Part shown: positions 21,101 to 30,555 of the stretch, in pieces
How the letters are laid out: the number at the start of each line of letters is the position of its first letter
Position numbering within the stretch: the stretch's first letter is position 1
DNA from: an uncultured delta proteobacterium
GTDB taxonomy: Bacteria > Myxococcota_A > Polyangia > Polyangiales > Polyangiaceae
Assembly (NCBI GenBank): GCA_963841435.1
Contig: CAWJCS010000005.1
Span: forward strand, 896,001-960,000
DNA: 64,000 nt
Direction of reading: 5' to 3'
The notes under the pieces: generated by a model
The model's input: the letters and a program-made list of their open reading frames with translations, nothing else
Database searches by the model: none
What the model was told of the DNA's origin: nothing
Position numbers and translations under genes: made by a program

Positions 21101-22221
21101 GGAAAGCCTCCAGCCCTCAACGAGTACCCGATATCATCGAGAATTTGCAACGCTTCAGCGCGACTGCCCGCGGCACTCAACGCCTGACTCACGGCCCGTC
21201 CGTATGCGGCCCCGAAGGTCTGGTAGTGAGCTTCCGGACTCAGAAAGAGGCCGTTGCGCGCGTCGTTGATGCTGATTCCGAACCTGCTTAGCACATTGCG
21301 CGCACCAGCTGCGGCGGGCTCCGCTCCGGGAACGATATGGTGCGCGTGCCAACCTGGAGGACGAGTCTGGCCGGCTGCTTCCAGAGCTCGCCCGAGCCGC
21401 CGTGAACTCGGCCTCTCCGGAAAATCCGCCTCCGCGGCTGAACGCGGCGGTTTTGGCGGAACTGCCGCTCCACCCCCCGACGCCTCCGCCAGGTACTCAT
21501 TGGACTTCTGAACCGTTTCTTCTTCGGTGCTCTCCGTTTGGCTCGCGTTGGAAGGGATCAAGACGATCGAGACACCCGCCCGATCGGCCCCAAGAACCGC
21601 GCTACTCCCGGCCCCATCCCGAGCGGCAAGCGCGGTTGGACGAATGGGCCAACGAAGCTCACCAGCGGAACGCCAACGTCGGATCCGTCTTCCCCATATT
21701 GTTCGCCTTCTGCGGGCAGTCCGGGTGTCGCTGTTGGAAGCACAAGTGGAGGGGTCGCTTCAGACAACGGAAAGTCCGAAGGGGGCTCGGCCGGGAAAAA
21801 CTCCGCGAGCGGGTCGGCAACGGGGGTCTGGTTCGCATCGGAAGACGTCCCCCCACCGAAGTCGCTCTGGTGAACGGTTAGACCCAAATCAGCTGGCTCG
21901 CCGTTCATCGTCGGCTCGCCCTCCAGCCCCGTCGGATCCACCCACGCGAACGGATTGTTCCACGCATACGAATACCGATTCCAAGCCTGGCTAAAGCCCG
22001 GTGCCTGCACGGTCGGATCCGGCGACGTGAACCTTGCGATGCGCGCATCGTACAAGCGCGCTCCCATGTTGACGAGGCCGGTCTCCGGATCGTGCTCGTG
22101 GCCGGTGTAGCCGCGGGTGACGCGGCGCACTGCGGGGTTTTGGGATTGCCAGCTCGGGTTGTCGACGGTGCCGAAGGGGCCGAAGCGCTGCTCGTGCAGG
22201 AGGGTGCCGGCTTGGTCGGTG
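21097..22221 (-). pseudogene. rhs: Orphan Rhs module 1: core end plus AHH (HNH-fold) nuclease tip
   Basis: About 295 bp nearly identical to the main Rhs core; 1-bp frameshift near 21580; AHHIVP...GISINDARNGLFL...H. Confidence 0.85.
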
Positions 22222-22387
22222 CTTGGATGCTCCCCCGTTGTGGGTGCGGCGTGGGTGCGCCCGTCGTGCTCGCTTCGCTGCGCGCGCCGGGGGCCCTCTT
22301 GCCTGTGCTCGCCCGGCTGCCCTGAACGGTGATGCACGGATGGCCGGGCTGCGCGCGGGCGAGGGTCCCGGGCGCGACGGGCGGCGT
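22222..22387. repeat. Rhs-junction hairpin element, copy 2
   Basis: Same junction GGTCGGTG|CTTGGATG as at 19513/19514; long imperfect stem. Confidence 0.8.
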
Positions 22388-22496
22388 CGAGAGGGAAGGG
22401 CCGTGCAAGCGCTCAGGCAGTCCCTTCCGGACCGTAGCTAACGTAGCTACAGTCCTACAAATGCAGCACTTTTCGGGGGGCAGGCCAGTCAATCCC

Positions 22497-22841
22497 TCAC
22501 CGGGTGCTCTCGTAAAAAGGTCTACACACTCGCATCACCAGCGCTTCCTCCTCGGGGTCAAGAAAGAGAATGGCAAGGTGCTGCTCCTCGTCGAAATGCT
22601 TCGCGAAGACCGCGCCCACACGTGACACAAAGGTTGAGCTTGGAGAAATACCACTAACGCAGAGAGCAACTTCCTCTTCATGGCCCATGGCTACCCTGAC
22701 CAGGTATGCGCGTTTCAAGTGGTGCGTCGCCGCGAGGAGTTGAACAAGCTGGTCCTTCAACAACCTTTCGGGAGGACCGTCCTGTTCCGATAGGAACCGC
22801 ACGCGGCCCGGCTGCGGTCTTCTGTGCTTGCCCACAGTCAA
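22497..22841 (-). CDS. SseB C-terminal-domain-like protein
   Basis: VRFLSEQDGPPERLLK, KRAYLVRV, RVCRPFY. Confidence 0.75.
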   Translation of the reverse strand: MTVGKHRRPQPGRVRFLSEQDGPPERLLKDQLVQLLAATHHLKRAYLVRVAMGHEEEVALCVSGISPSSTFVSRVGAVFAKHFDEEQHLAILFLDPEEEALVMRVCRPFYESTR

Positions 22842-23230
22842 CTACCGAACTTCCTCGCGTGTTCGACTGCATCCGAGATTGATCGGAACAGCGTCGCCCA
22901 GGCGATGAGTTCGATTTGTTCCGAGGTAAAACGGCCGGCGTGAAAAACAACTTCGTCCAGGACTCGAGACACAAAGACTTGTGCTGGCCAATGCGATATC
23001 GGATAGACGGTCTCACCTTCATACCGCGCGGAGAGAACCAGGCGTTCAATCTCCCGGTTCCCGAGGCCGAGCTGTTGCCCACTCAGGGCCGGCCCGATCT
23101 CAACGAGGAGATGATCGTGCTGCCCCGAGTCGCGGAGAGATTTGAGCACCCAACAGCGACGAGGGGTGCTGAGTGGCTCGTACTCTCCAGCAGAGCTCAG
23201 GAAGAAATCGGGCTGACGCTGCAAAGACAA
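22838..23230 (-). CDS. Putative cognate immunity protein of the main Rhs
   Basis: Small ORF starting about 10 bp downstream of the Rhs stop. Confidence 0.7.
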   Translation of the reverse strand: MSLQRQPDFFLSSAGEYEPLSTPRRCWVLKSLRDSGQHDHLLVEIGPALSGQQLGLGNREIERLVLSARYEGETVYPISHWPAQVFVSRVLDEVVFHAGRFTSEQIELIAWATLFRSISDAVEHARKFGS

Positions 23231-23239
23231 GTGCTTTCC

Positions 23240-25963
23240 TCAGAAGGGTGGGTTGACTCCCGAAACTCGAAGTAGTTCCACTTGCGCGGCGGGGTTTGGG
23301 ACCACCACCTCCGGTATCGTGCCGCCCACATTGCCCGGGCCGGGTAGCGCCCGAGCGAAGGATACGCCTTCCGTGTTTATCATCCTACCCTCGGCAACAA
23401 ATGTCCCCGCATTCTCGGGGAACAACCCGGCGGCCTGTCGGTAGTTCGGCACGCTGCCGGGGTTGACGGTTGTCCAGGACTGACCCATGCCGCGCGCTTG
23501 CCCACCAAACACTCTATATACCCTTGCCCCAGACGCCACAGCAGCCGACTCGAAGGCCGCGCCTTCGCGAATTATGCGCGCCAAGCGCAGTGCACTGCCG
23601 CCGAGGGGTAATAGCGCCTCAAGTGGTATGGACTTCAGTGGTTTTTCGCCGGACACGAGATCCGCGGCCCGCTCCCGCCACCGCCGCTCACCCGGCGTTT
23701 CCGCGCCCGCCTGATTGAGGATGTTCGATGTGCGCGCGAGAGCCCGCTTGCCCGCCGTCGGTCCGCACGACGAGACGCTCGGATCGCACGAGGTATCGGC
23801 GAGCGCCTGATTGAGGATGCCCTGCACGTACTGCTCTTGGGCGGTCGGGGCGTGGGCCTCCGAGGGTGGCGGGAGCACGAGGGGAGGGGTTGCCTCGGAT
23901 AACGGAAAGTCCGAAGGGGGCTCCGCCGGGAAAAACTCTGAAAGCGGGTCAGGTGCCGGCGTGGTGTTAGCGTCGGGCCCGGTTGGTGAGGCGGATATCG
24001 GTCCGAACGGACCTTCCTCCATGCCTCCGGCCGCGTCGTTGTAGCTCCAATTATCGAGCCCCGTCGGATCCACCCAAGCGAACGGATTGTTCCACGCATA
24101 CGAATACCGATTCCAAGCCTGGCTAAAGCCCGGTGCCTGCACGGTCGGATCCGGCGACGTGAACCTTGCGATGCGCGCATCGTACAAGCGCGCTCCCATG
24201 TTGACGAGGCCGGTCTCCGGATCGTGCTCGTGGCCGGTGTAGCCGCGGGTGACGCGGCGCACTGCGGGGTTTTGGGATTGCCAGCTCGGGTTGTTGACGG
24301 TGCCGAAGGGGCCGAAGCGCTGCTCGTGCAGGAGGGTGCCGGCTTGGTCGGTGAAGGCCACCGGGCTGCCGAGTTGGTCGGGGTGGAGGTAGACGCGGCT
24401 GAGCTCGGCGTCGTTGGCGCCGCGGACGATTTCGAGGATTTCGCCGGTCGGGGAGAAGATGCGGTACTTCTGCTCGATGGCGCCGCCCCCGGGGGAGATG
24501 CTTCGCTCGTAGTCGCCCGAGTAGTAGACCGCGCTGCCGTCGGAACGGGCCTTCCTCGAGCGCTCGCCGCTCGACTGGTAGTCGAAGGCGACGTAGCCGT
24601 TGTTGCCGAGGTTGACGCGGGATGGGAGCTGACGGGCGTTGTAGGTGGTTGTTTGCGAGCTCGTCACCACCCCGGCCCCGCTGGCGGTTTGACGGAAGCC
24701 CGTCGGGTACGCGGAGTTGTAGGTGTACTGGGCGCCCCCGGCGCCGTCCGGAGCATGTGCGGGCAGAGCGCCGGGGTTGTTGTAGGTGAATTGCGAGGGT
24801 GAGATGCTGCTCAGCGTGTCGATGTTGCCGTTGGGAAGGTAGTCCGCGTGGAACGACGACGTACCGTTGGTGGTTACGTCCGTGAGACGATCCAGCGTGT
24901 CGGGGCTGAAGGCTTCGAAAACGTCATCAGGGGAGTGCGTGAAGTCATCGCGTTGCGAGAGGTTGCCGTTGGGATCGAAAAGGAATGACATAGCGAGCGC
25001 CAAACCGCCGGCGCCACCGGCAGCGCGATAGGTCTGGACACCCGAGATGTCCCCGGTCAAGGGCCAGTATGATGTGTCGGTATACATGGCACCGACGCTC
25101 TCTCGTTTTGGCCGCTGGCCTTGGTCCGCGTCGAGGAGCTGCCAATACGCCTCCGACAAACCGGGTGACCCGACGGCCTTGAGGTTCCCGCCGTTGTCGT
25201 ATGAGTATTCGACCTGAAATGGGGATGGCCCGCCAGGATAGGTGACCGTCTTCACTTGACCGACCACGTTGTAATCGAACGTGGTGGTCATCGTTTCCGA
25301 CTGGACGGTGTCGGTCACTGTTTTCAAGAAGCCGCGATTCAAGAAGCTCGTCGGTGCCTCGTAGGTGAAGTCCCGACGCGCGCCATCGTGGCTCGTGGTG
25401 CTGACGAGACGGCCGATTCCGTTGGGCCCACCAGCGTCGTCGTAGGTGTACGTTTCGTCTTGAGCCTCGAGGCTCGACGACACTCTATCGAGTCTGCCGA
25501 CCACGTCGTAGTGGTGCTTTCGGATTTCCGTACCCTGGCTTCCCACCAGGTAGCTGTCGAGCTCTCCCCAGGGCGTGTACAGATAGCGCTCGACGCCGCG
25601 ATCCGGGCCTTCAGCTCGGGTTAGGCGACCATACCGATCGAAAAGGACGCTGGTCGTCGAGTCGACCGCGCTGACGCTGCTGAAGGTGCCGAATGGTCCA
25701 GCATTGAACGTCACCCAGTTCCCGGCTGGATCGCGTGACGCCACCACGTTGCCACGGTGATCGCGAACCGCAATGCTCGTATTTCCATTCGGATTCTTGG
25801 CGGACGAAAACCAGATGTAGTTGTTCGGCAACGAATTCAGGCCGAGTCCCTCCAGGGAAACGTTGGCGCGCGACGCCCTGGCGAATTCGATCGTAGAGCT
25901 GTTGGCCAACGTGATCTTGCGCAGCGCGCGGTCGTCGTCGTACGCATACTGAATGATGCCCAC
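23240..25963 (-). CDS. rhs: Rhs/YD-repeat polymorphic toxin, probably 5'-truncated
   Basis: YD repeats, HPDQLGS, GYTGHEHD, ARLYD, NPFAWVDPTG, then a variable C-terminus; N-terminus abuts an unrelated fragment. Confidence 0.9.
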   Translation of the reverse strand: MGIIQYAYDDDRALRKITLANSSTIEFARASRANVSLEGLGLNSLPNNYIWFSSAKNPNGNTSIAVRDHRGNVVASRDPAGNWVTFNAGPFGTFSSVSAVDSTTSVLFDRYGRLTRAEGPDRGVERYLYTPWGELDSYLVGSQGTEIRKHHYDVVGRLDRVSSSLEAQDETYTYDDAGGPNGIGRLVSTTSHDGARRDFTYEAPTSFLNRGFLKTVTDTVQSETMTTTFDYNVVGQVKTVTYPGGPSPFQVEYSYDNGGNLKAVGSPGLSEAYWQLLDADQGQRPKRESVGAMYTDTSYWPLTGDISGVQTYRAAGGAGGLALAMSFLFDPNGNLSQRDDFTHSPDDVFEAFSPDTLDRLTDVTTNGTSSFHADYLPNGNIDTLSSISPSQFTYNNPGALPAHAPDGAGGAQYTYNSAYPTGFRQTASGAGVVTSSQTTTYNARQLPSRVNLGNNGYVAFDYQSSGERSRKARSDGSAVYYSGDYERSISPGGGAIEQKYRIFSPTGEILEIVRGANDAELSRVYLHPDQLGSPVAFTDQAGTLLHEQRFGPFGTVNNPSWQSQNPAVRRVTRGYTGHEHDPETGLVNMGARLYDARIARFTSPDPTVQAPGFSQAWNRYSYAWNNPFAWVDPTGLDNWSYNDAAGGMEEGPFGPISASPTGPDANTTPAPDPLSEFFPAEPPSDFPLSEATPPLVLPPPSEAHAPTAQEQYVQGILNQALADTSCDPSVSSCGPTAGKRALARTSNILNQAGAETPGERRWRERAADLVSGEKPLKSIPLEALLPLGGSALRLARIIREGAAFESAAVASGARVYRVFGGQARGMGQSWTTVNPGSVPNYRQAAGLFPENAGTFVAEGRMINTEGVSFARALPGPGNVGGTIPEVVVPNPAAQVELLRVSGVNPPF

Positions 25964-26195
25964 GTCGCGTTCGCCCCCACCGCCGTCGAGCGAGTCGGCG
26001 TGACCTCGGGCGACTCACCGCTCGGCAACCTCGCAGCCACGGCGGTCCGCCACGCCGCGCTCGCTGATCTTTCGGTGATCGGCGCGTCGTCGCTGCGATT
26101 CGACCTGCCACCCGGTCTCGTCGAGCCCGAGACGCTCGGTCGCGTCCTGCCGTTCGCCGATCCCGTCGTCCTTTCCCGCGACATCTGCGCCTTCA
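25958..26195 (+). pseudogene. Fragment of a 5'-nucleotidase C-terminal domain
   Basis: DSPLGNLAATAVR..ADLSVIGASSLRFDLPPG...VLPFAD. Confidence 0.65.
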
Positions 26196-26268
26196 TCCCG
26201 CGAGCATACCTCGACTACTCCGAAGGTACGAAGAGCGCGTTCCGAGACGGTGTAAGCTCACGGTTGGC

Positions 26269-27216
26269 ATGGCACTCACGGCGCACCCCAGCACTAGAGC
26301 CACGCTCGAGGAGGCGGTTTGGATCGATCTCTTCAACGCGACGGACGAAGAGCGCAAGCGGGTCGAAGCCGTCATCAAGCAGACCCTGCCCACGCAGGCG
26401 GACATCCAAGAGATCGAAACCTCGAGTCGCGTGTACGTCGAGGGCGCGACGCTCTACCTATCGACGCCCCTGCTCACGGGCGACCAATGCATCACCGACG
26501 GCCCCACGTCGGTCGGCTTCGTGCTCACCCCCTCGCTGCTCGTTACCCAGCGGTTCGCCGCCATCCAAGCGTTCGAGGCGGTGGCGCGCCGCTACGACAA
26601 AGTCGAAAAGCCGAGTGCGAGCGACGCGTTCTTGAAGCTGCTCGAGGTCGTCGTCGACCACGCGGCCGACGCCCTCGAGCACGCAGGGGCCGAGCTCGAA
26701 ACCATCTCGCATCGCGCCTTCGGCGGCGAGCCATCGACGCGCGACAAGCATGCGGAGACGGCCAACGAGCTGCGCGGCGCGCTGCGCCGTCTCGGCAGCC
26801 TGGGCGACGGCATCTCGCACCTGCGCGACTCGCTACTCGGCATCAGTCGTATCGCCGCCTTCGTGCACGAGACCGCACACGAAACGCACTTCAGCGGCGC
26901 ACTTCCTCGCCTCAAGGCGATTCGCAGCGACATCAGCTCCCTCAACGACTACCAAGCTCACCTGTCCGCCAAAATCCAATTCGTACTCGACGCCACGCTG
27001 GGTTTCATCAGCATTCAACAGAACGAGATCGTCAAGACCCTCACCATCGTCTCCGTCGTCGGCGTTCCCCCGGTGCTCATCGCAGGCATCTACGGGATGA
27101 ACTTCAAGTTCATGCCCGAGCTCACTTGGCACATCGGCTATCCGTTCGCGCTCGCGCTCATCGTGCTCAGCACCCTCCTGCCGCTCGGCTGGCTCAAATG
27201 GCGCGGCTGGATGTGA
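26269..27216 (+). CDS. corA: CorA-family Mg2+ transporter
   Basis: WIDL, EIETSSR, QQNEIVK, IYGMNF signature and two C-terminal TM segments. Confidence 0.95.
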   Translation: MALTAHPSTRATLEEAVWIDLFNATDEERKRVEAVIKQTLPTQADIQEIETSSRVYVEGATLYLSTPLLTGDQCITDGPTSVGFVLTPSLLVTQRFAAIQAFEAVARRYDKVEKPSASDAFLKLLEVVVDHAADALEHAGAELETISHRAFGGEPSTRDKHAETANELRGALRRLGSLGDGISHLRDSLLGISRIAAFVHETAHETHFSGALPRLKAIRSDISSLNDYQAHLSAKIQFVLDATLGFISIQQNEIVKTLTIVSVVGVPPVLIAGIYGMNFKFMPELTWHIGYPFALALIVLSTLLPLGWLKWRGWM

Positions 27217-27240
27217 CTCGGCGGGCGAGAGGGCCGAGAG

Positions 27241-27810
27241 TCAGTCGGTGCCGTCCAGCTGCCGCACCAGGCGTTCGACGCGCAGCATCGCTCGTAGGTT
27301 GCCGGTGCGATGCGCATGGTCCATCGCCGCGAAAAGGTGCGTTTGCTCGACATACAAGCGTTGGGGTTCGCGCTCGAGCAGCGAGACGTAGTGCTCGAAG
27401 ACGCGGTCGTGGGAAATGCGGGCGCGGGGCTTCACGACGTGCCGTACACGGCGTGCAAGGTGAAGCGTCCCGTGGCGGGCTCTTGGAGCAGGCGAAACGC
27501 GCGCAGGCGCTCGAGCGCGCGGCCGGCGTTCGTCGTCACGCGCGCAAGCCTCGCCAGCGAGGCCAGATCGACGTGGTCGCCTTCCACGTGCGCGAGCACG
27601 CCGAGCATGCGGCGACTAGCGGGCTCGAGCCGCCGCCAGGCCCAGTCGAAAAGCAGTGCTACCTCGGGGAGATCGTCCTCGTGCTCGATCGCCACGACGC
27701 GCTCGACGCCCTTTTTGCGAAGCGCGGCACCGAGCCCCGCGCAGGTTTCCGCGCCCGACGCGACGATGCCGTCGGCGATGTCGAGCGCGAGCGGATTGAA
27801 GCGCAGCAGC
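27241..27810 (-). pseudogene. C-terminal fragment of an NB-ARC/STAND-like protein
   Basis: LLRFNPLALDIA...WAWRRL...GRFTLHAV; frameshift near 27447; 5' part replaced by the mini-element. Confidence 0.6.
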
Positions 27811-27907
27811 CAGCGGCCCCGGCCCGCCGACTGGATCGCATTAGACTCGATCGGTCAACTGCGTGGGCACGTCGGCTCGCTCGTCGAATCCGCTTTGCGC
27901 TTCCTAT
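27811..27907 (+). repeat. Mini-element copy D (diverged)
   Basis: CAGCGGCCCCGGCCCGCCGACTGGATCGCAT ... CGCTTTGCGCTTCCTAT, 97 bp. Confidence 0.7.
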
Positions 27908-27957
27908 CCGCCGACGCAGCTCTCTCAGCCCATGACGCAAACCTCGAGCCCCGGCCT

Positions 27958-28788
27958 TCAGGGTATGTCGCAGGTTCCGGGGTCGCACGGCGGGTCCTGG
28001 CCGCATGGCAGCCGGCAGCTGCCCGACTCCCCGCTCGCGCAGGCCACGGAGTACGTCGTCCCGGGGTAGGAGGTCGAGCCGGTGGCGATCGCGCGGCCTT
28101 CGCTGTCGACCCACGAAACCGTGGACGATTCGCAGCCCGCCCCGACGGTCGTGGTGCGCGTGTAGCAGGTTGCCCCCCCGGGGGCATGCACAGTGGTGAT
28201 GACCTGATCCCCCGGCATGCAGACTGCCGACTCGGTGTACTCGTATTTGACGTAGACTCCGTTCGTGTAGCAGGCGGCGAGCGGCCGATAGTTTTCATCC
28301 ATCTGGACCACGCAGGCGCCTTCGAGCTTGCACGAGGCCGCGAGGTCCGTGAGGCACTGTGGAGGCAAGTTGGGTGTCCCGCCGGTGCCCCCGGCTCCGC
28401 CGGAGCCCCCGCCCGCGGTTCCCGCGTTACCTCCGGTCCCGCTACTGCCGCCCGTGAGCGCGCCCGCGTCGCCCGCCGTTCCCGCATCGCCAGCGTTCGG
28501 CGAGGCTGCGTCGCCGCCCGCAGCGGTCCCGGAAGCGCCCGCCGTGCCGCCGCTGGCCCCAACGTGCCGCTCGCTCGAGCCGCCGCACGCCGCGAAGACG
28601 GCGAAGCTGGCCGCCAGCACGAGCAGTCGCGCCCCTGAGTCGTGCGGCGTGCGCACTCCGGCGAGGGCCCAATAGCTGCCGAGCCGTGTCCCCACCCGTC
28701 GCCTCATCGCTTCCGATGCTGTACGCAGCGACGAGGGTTGTCCAGCACCGGAGTCTTTTAGACGGTACGTATCTTGCGCGGACGGCAT
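27958..28788 (-). CDS. Gly-rich/Cys-rich lipoprotein (true start probably downstream)
   Basis: Lipobox VFAAC, Gly/Ala/Thr linker, Cys-rich domain. Confidence 0.7.
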   Translation of the reverse strand: MPSAQDTYRLKDSGAGQPSSLRTASEAMRRRVGTRLGSYWALAGVRTPHDSGARLLVLAASFAVFAACGGSSERHVGASGGTAGASGTAAGGDAASPNAGDAGTAGDAGALTGGSSGTGGNAGTAGGGSGGAGGTGGTPNLPPQCLTDLAASCKLEGACVVQMDENYRPLAACYTNGVYVKYEYTESAVCMPGDQVITTVHAPGGATCYTRTTTVGAGCESSTVSWVDSEGRAIATGSTSYPGTTYSVACASGESGSCRLPCGQDPPCDPGTCDIP

Positions 28789-28837
28789 CGGTGGCTGTGG
28801 GAGGCGGCGTCAAACGACTTGGGTTCCGCCGGCGCCT

Positions 28838-29019
28838 CCCCCCGACGACGAGGTATTCACTTTGTGAGAGTCCAACAATCCGTTGAACTCTCTCAAGTCG
28901 TTCTGCAGATGCGCCAAGTGCGCTCCGATGACGTTCGACCAGCTCGAGCAGCAAGTCGAGGCGTTCTTGGGGTGTCAGATCGGCGTAGAACTGATCGTCG
29001 GACTGGTCGGCAGGAAAAG
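28838..29019 (-). pseudogene. Fragment of a small antitoxin-like gene overlapping the start of a nucleotidyltransferase
   Basis: DDQFYADLTPQERLDLLLEL...RLERVQRIV; overlapping HLQNDLREF..LLDSHKV/EYLVVGG. Confidence 0.5.
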
Positions 29020-29277
29020 GTCTGCGAGGTCCTTTCGCCTGGCACGAGCCGCATGGATCGCACCCGGAAGCTGCCCATCTATGCGCGCGTCGGCGTGCCT
29101 CATCTCTGGCTCCTCGACCCCTTGTTGGAGACGCTCGAGGTGTTCGCCTTGCAGGACGGCCGCTGGGTGCTGCTCGGAACGCACGGCGGTGACGAGTCCG
29201 TGAGGGCCATGCCGTTCGACGAGGTGGTCATCAACTTGAGCAGGCGGTGGGGTCGCGGCATGGAAGTTTCGCGGTAG
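29020..29277 (+). pseudogene. Uma2-family endonuclease C-terminal fragment
   Basis: VCEVLSPGT..DRTRKLPIYARVGVPHLWLLDP. Confidence 0.85.
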
Positions 29278-29326
29278 GGGCGGCCGGTGGAGAAGGTGCT
29301 GAGACGCAGCGCAAGTGGATTCGGCA

Positions 29327-29426
29327 CCACGCCGCCCGTCACCGACACCCCGCGCCACCCCGTGCACCAGCGTGCGTCTCCTCCGCGGCCGCCCGCACCT
29401 CCGCGAGGACGGACGCTTGGAGGAGA
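29327..29426 (+). repeat. REP-like palindromic repeat
   Basis: GTCTCCTCCGCGGCCGCCCGCA...GCGAGGACGGACGCTTGGAGGAGA; related copies at 31121, 35306 and 39882. Confidence 0.8.
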
Positions 29427-29500
29427 TGAGCAATGGCTGAAGCGCATCGAGCAGCGCGGCGGCGACCCAACCGCCGCCTGCGCCGAGCTCGCTTTACGAG

Positions 29501-30382
29501 CTAATCGCCGACGAACGGCGGATCGCCCGGGGAGCGGTAGCGATCGAGGGGGCTCCGCTCTGCGTCGCTGCCGTAGTAGCGACCGTTGCCTTCGAGCTCG
29601 CCGAACAGGAGGAACAGCGGGGTGCGGGCGCCGGCGGCGGGTGGCTTCATGCCCATCTCGGCGGGCGACTTCCCCTGCGCCTTCGCGTAATCGCGCGTCA
29701 GATCGGTCTCGATGAACCCGGGGGTGCAAGCGTTGATACGAAGCCCCGGATGCTGCCGCGCCAAGAGCAGCATGTAGCTGTTCGTGCAGGCCTTGGACAA
29801 GCCGTACGCACTGCCATCGCCGAGCCCACGCTCGGCGAACGCCGCCTTGTCACCTTCGATCGCCAGACACTCGTCGAGCAACGCCTGGATGCTCGCCCAC
29901 TCGACCGCCTGGTCCAAAAAGAAACGCTGCCGCTCGGGGCTGCACGCCGCGACGAAGTTCGGACCGGCCGCGGACGTGACGTTGACGATGCGCCCGCGCG
30001 AGGCATCGACGAGCGGCAGGAACGCCTCGCACACCCGCCGCACCCCGAGCGTGTTCACCTCGAGCACCGCCTTCAGCCTGCCGCGCCCGACGCCCGCATT
30101 GTTGACGATCCCGTAGAGCGGCGCGGGACTCCGCCCGAAGCGCGCCCCCGTCTCCTCCGCGGCGCGCGCCACGCTCTGGTCGCTCGTCACGTCGAGCTCG
30201 ACCACGCTTGTCCGGTCGGACCACGCTGGATGGCTCAAAACGAGCCCCTCGGCCGCCGCCCGCCCGCGCTCGGCGCTGCGCGACCCGAGCAGCACGAAAG
30301 TGTCGTCGTGCTCGTCGAGGATGGCGGCCACGATCGCGAGCCCGATGCCCTTGTTTGCGCCGGTAACGAGGATTCGTCTCAT
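29501..30382 (-). CDS. SDR oxidoreductase (carbonyl reductase-like)
   Basis: VTGANKGIG, NNAG, YGLSK, CTPGFIETD. Confidence 0.93.
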   Translation of the reverse strand: MRRILVTGANKGIGLAIVAAILDEHDDTFVLLGSRSAERGRAAAEGLVLSHPAWSDRTSVVELDVTSDQSVARAAEETGARFGRSPAPLYGIVNNAGVGRGRLKAVLEVNTLGVRRVCEAFLPLVDASRGRIVNVTSAAGPNFVAACSPERQRFFLDQAVEWASIQALLDECLAIEGDKAAFAERGLGDGSAYGLSKACTNSYMLLLARQHPGLRINACTPGFIETDLTRDYAKAQGKSPAEMGMKPPAAGARTPLFLLFGELEGNGRYYGSDAERSPLDRYRSPGDPPFVGD

Positions 30383-30555
30383 GAAAACGGCTCTCCTTCG
30401 AGGTGGCTGCGAACGCTACCACGGCTGTCTCTTCCGCTCGAATCACGCCGCCGGCGGCGGCGGGCGCCATTGCGCCGGCCGAGCGAACGCGAGGTCGGCG
30501 TCTGCTGAAAACGGGAGTCGGGCGGCGTGCCTCTGCCGGGTGACGACGCCCGCGT

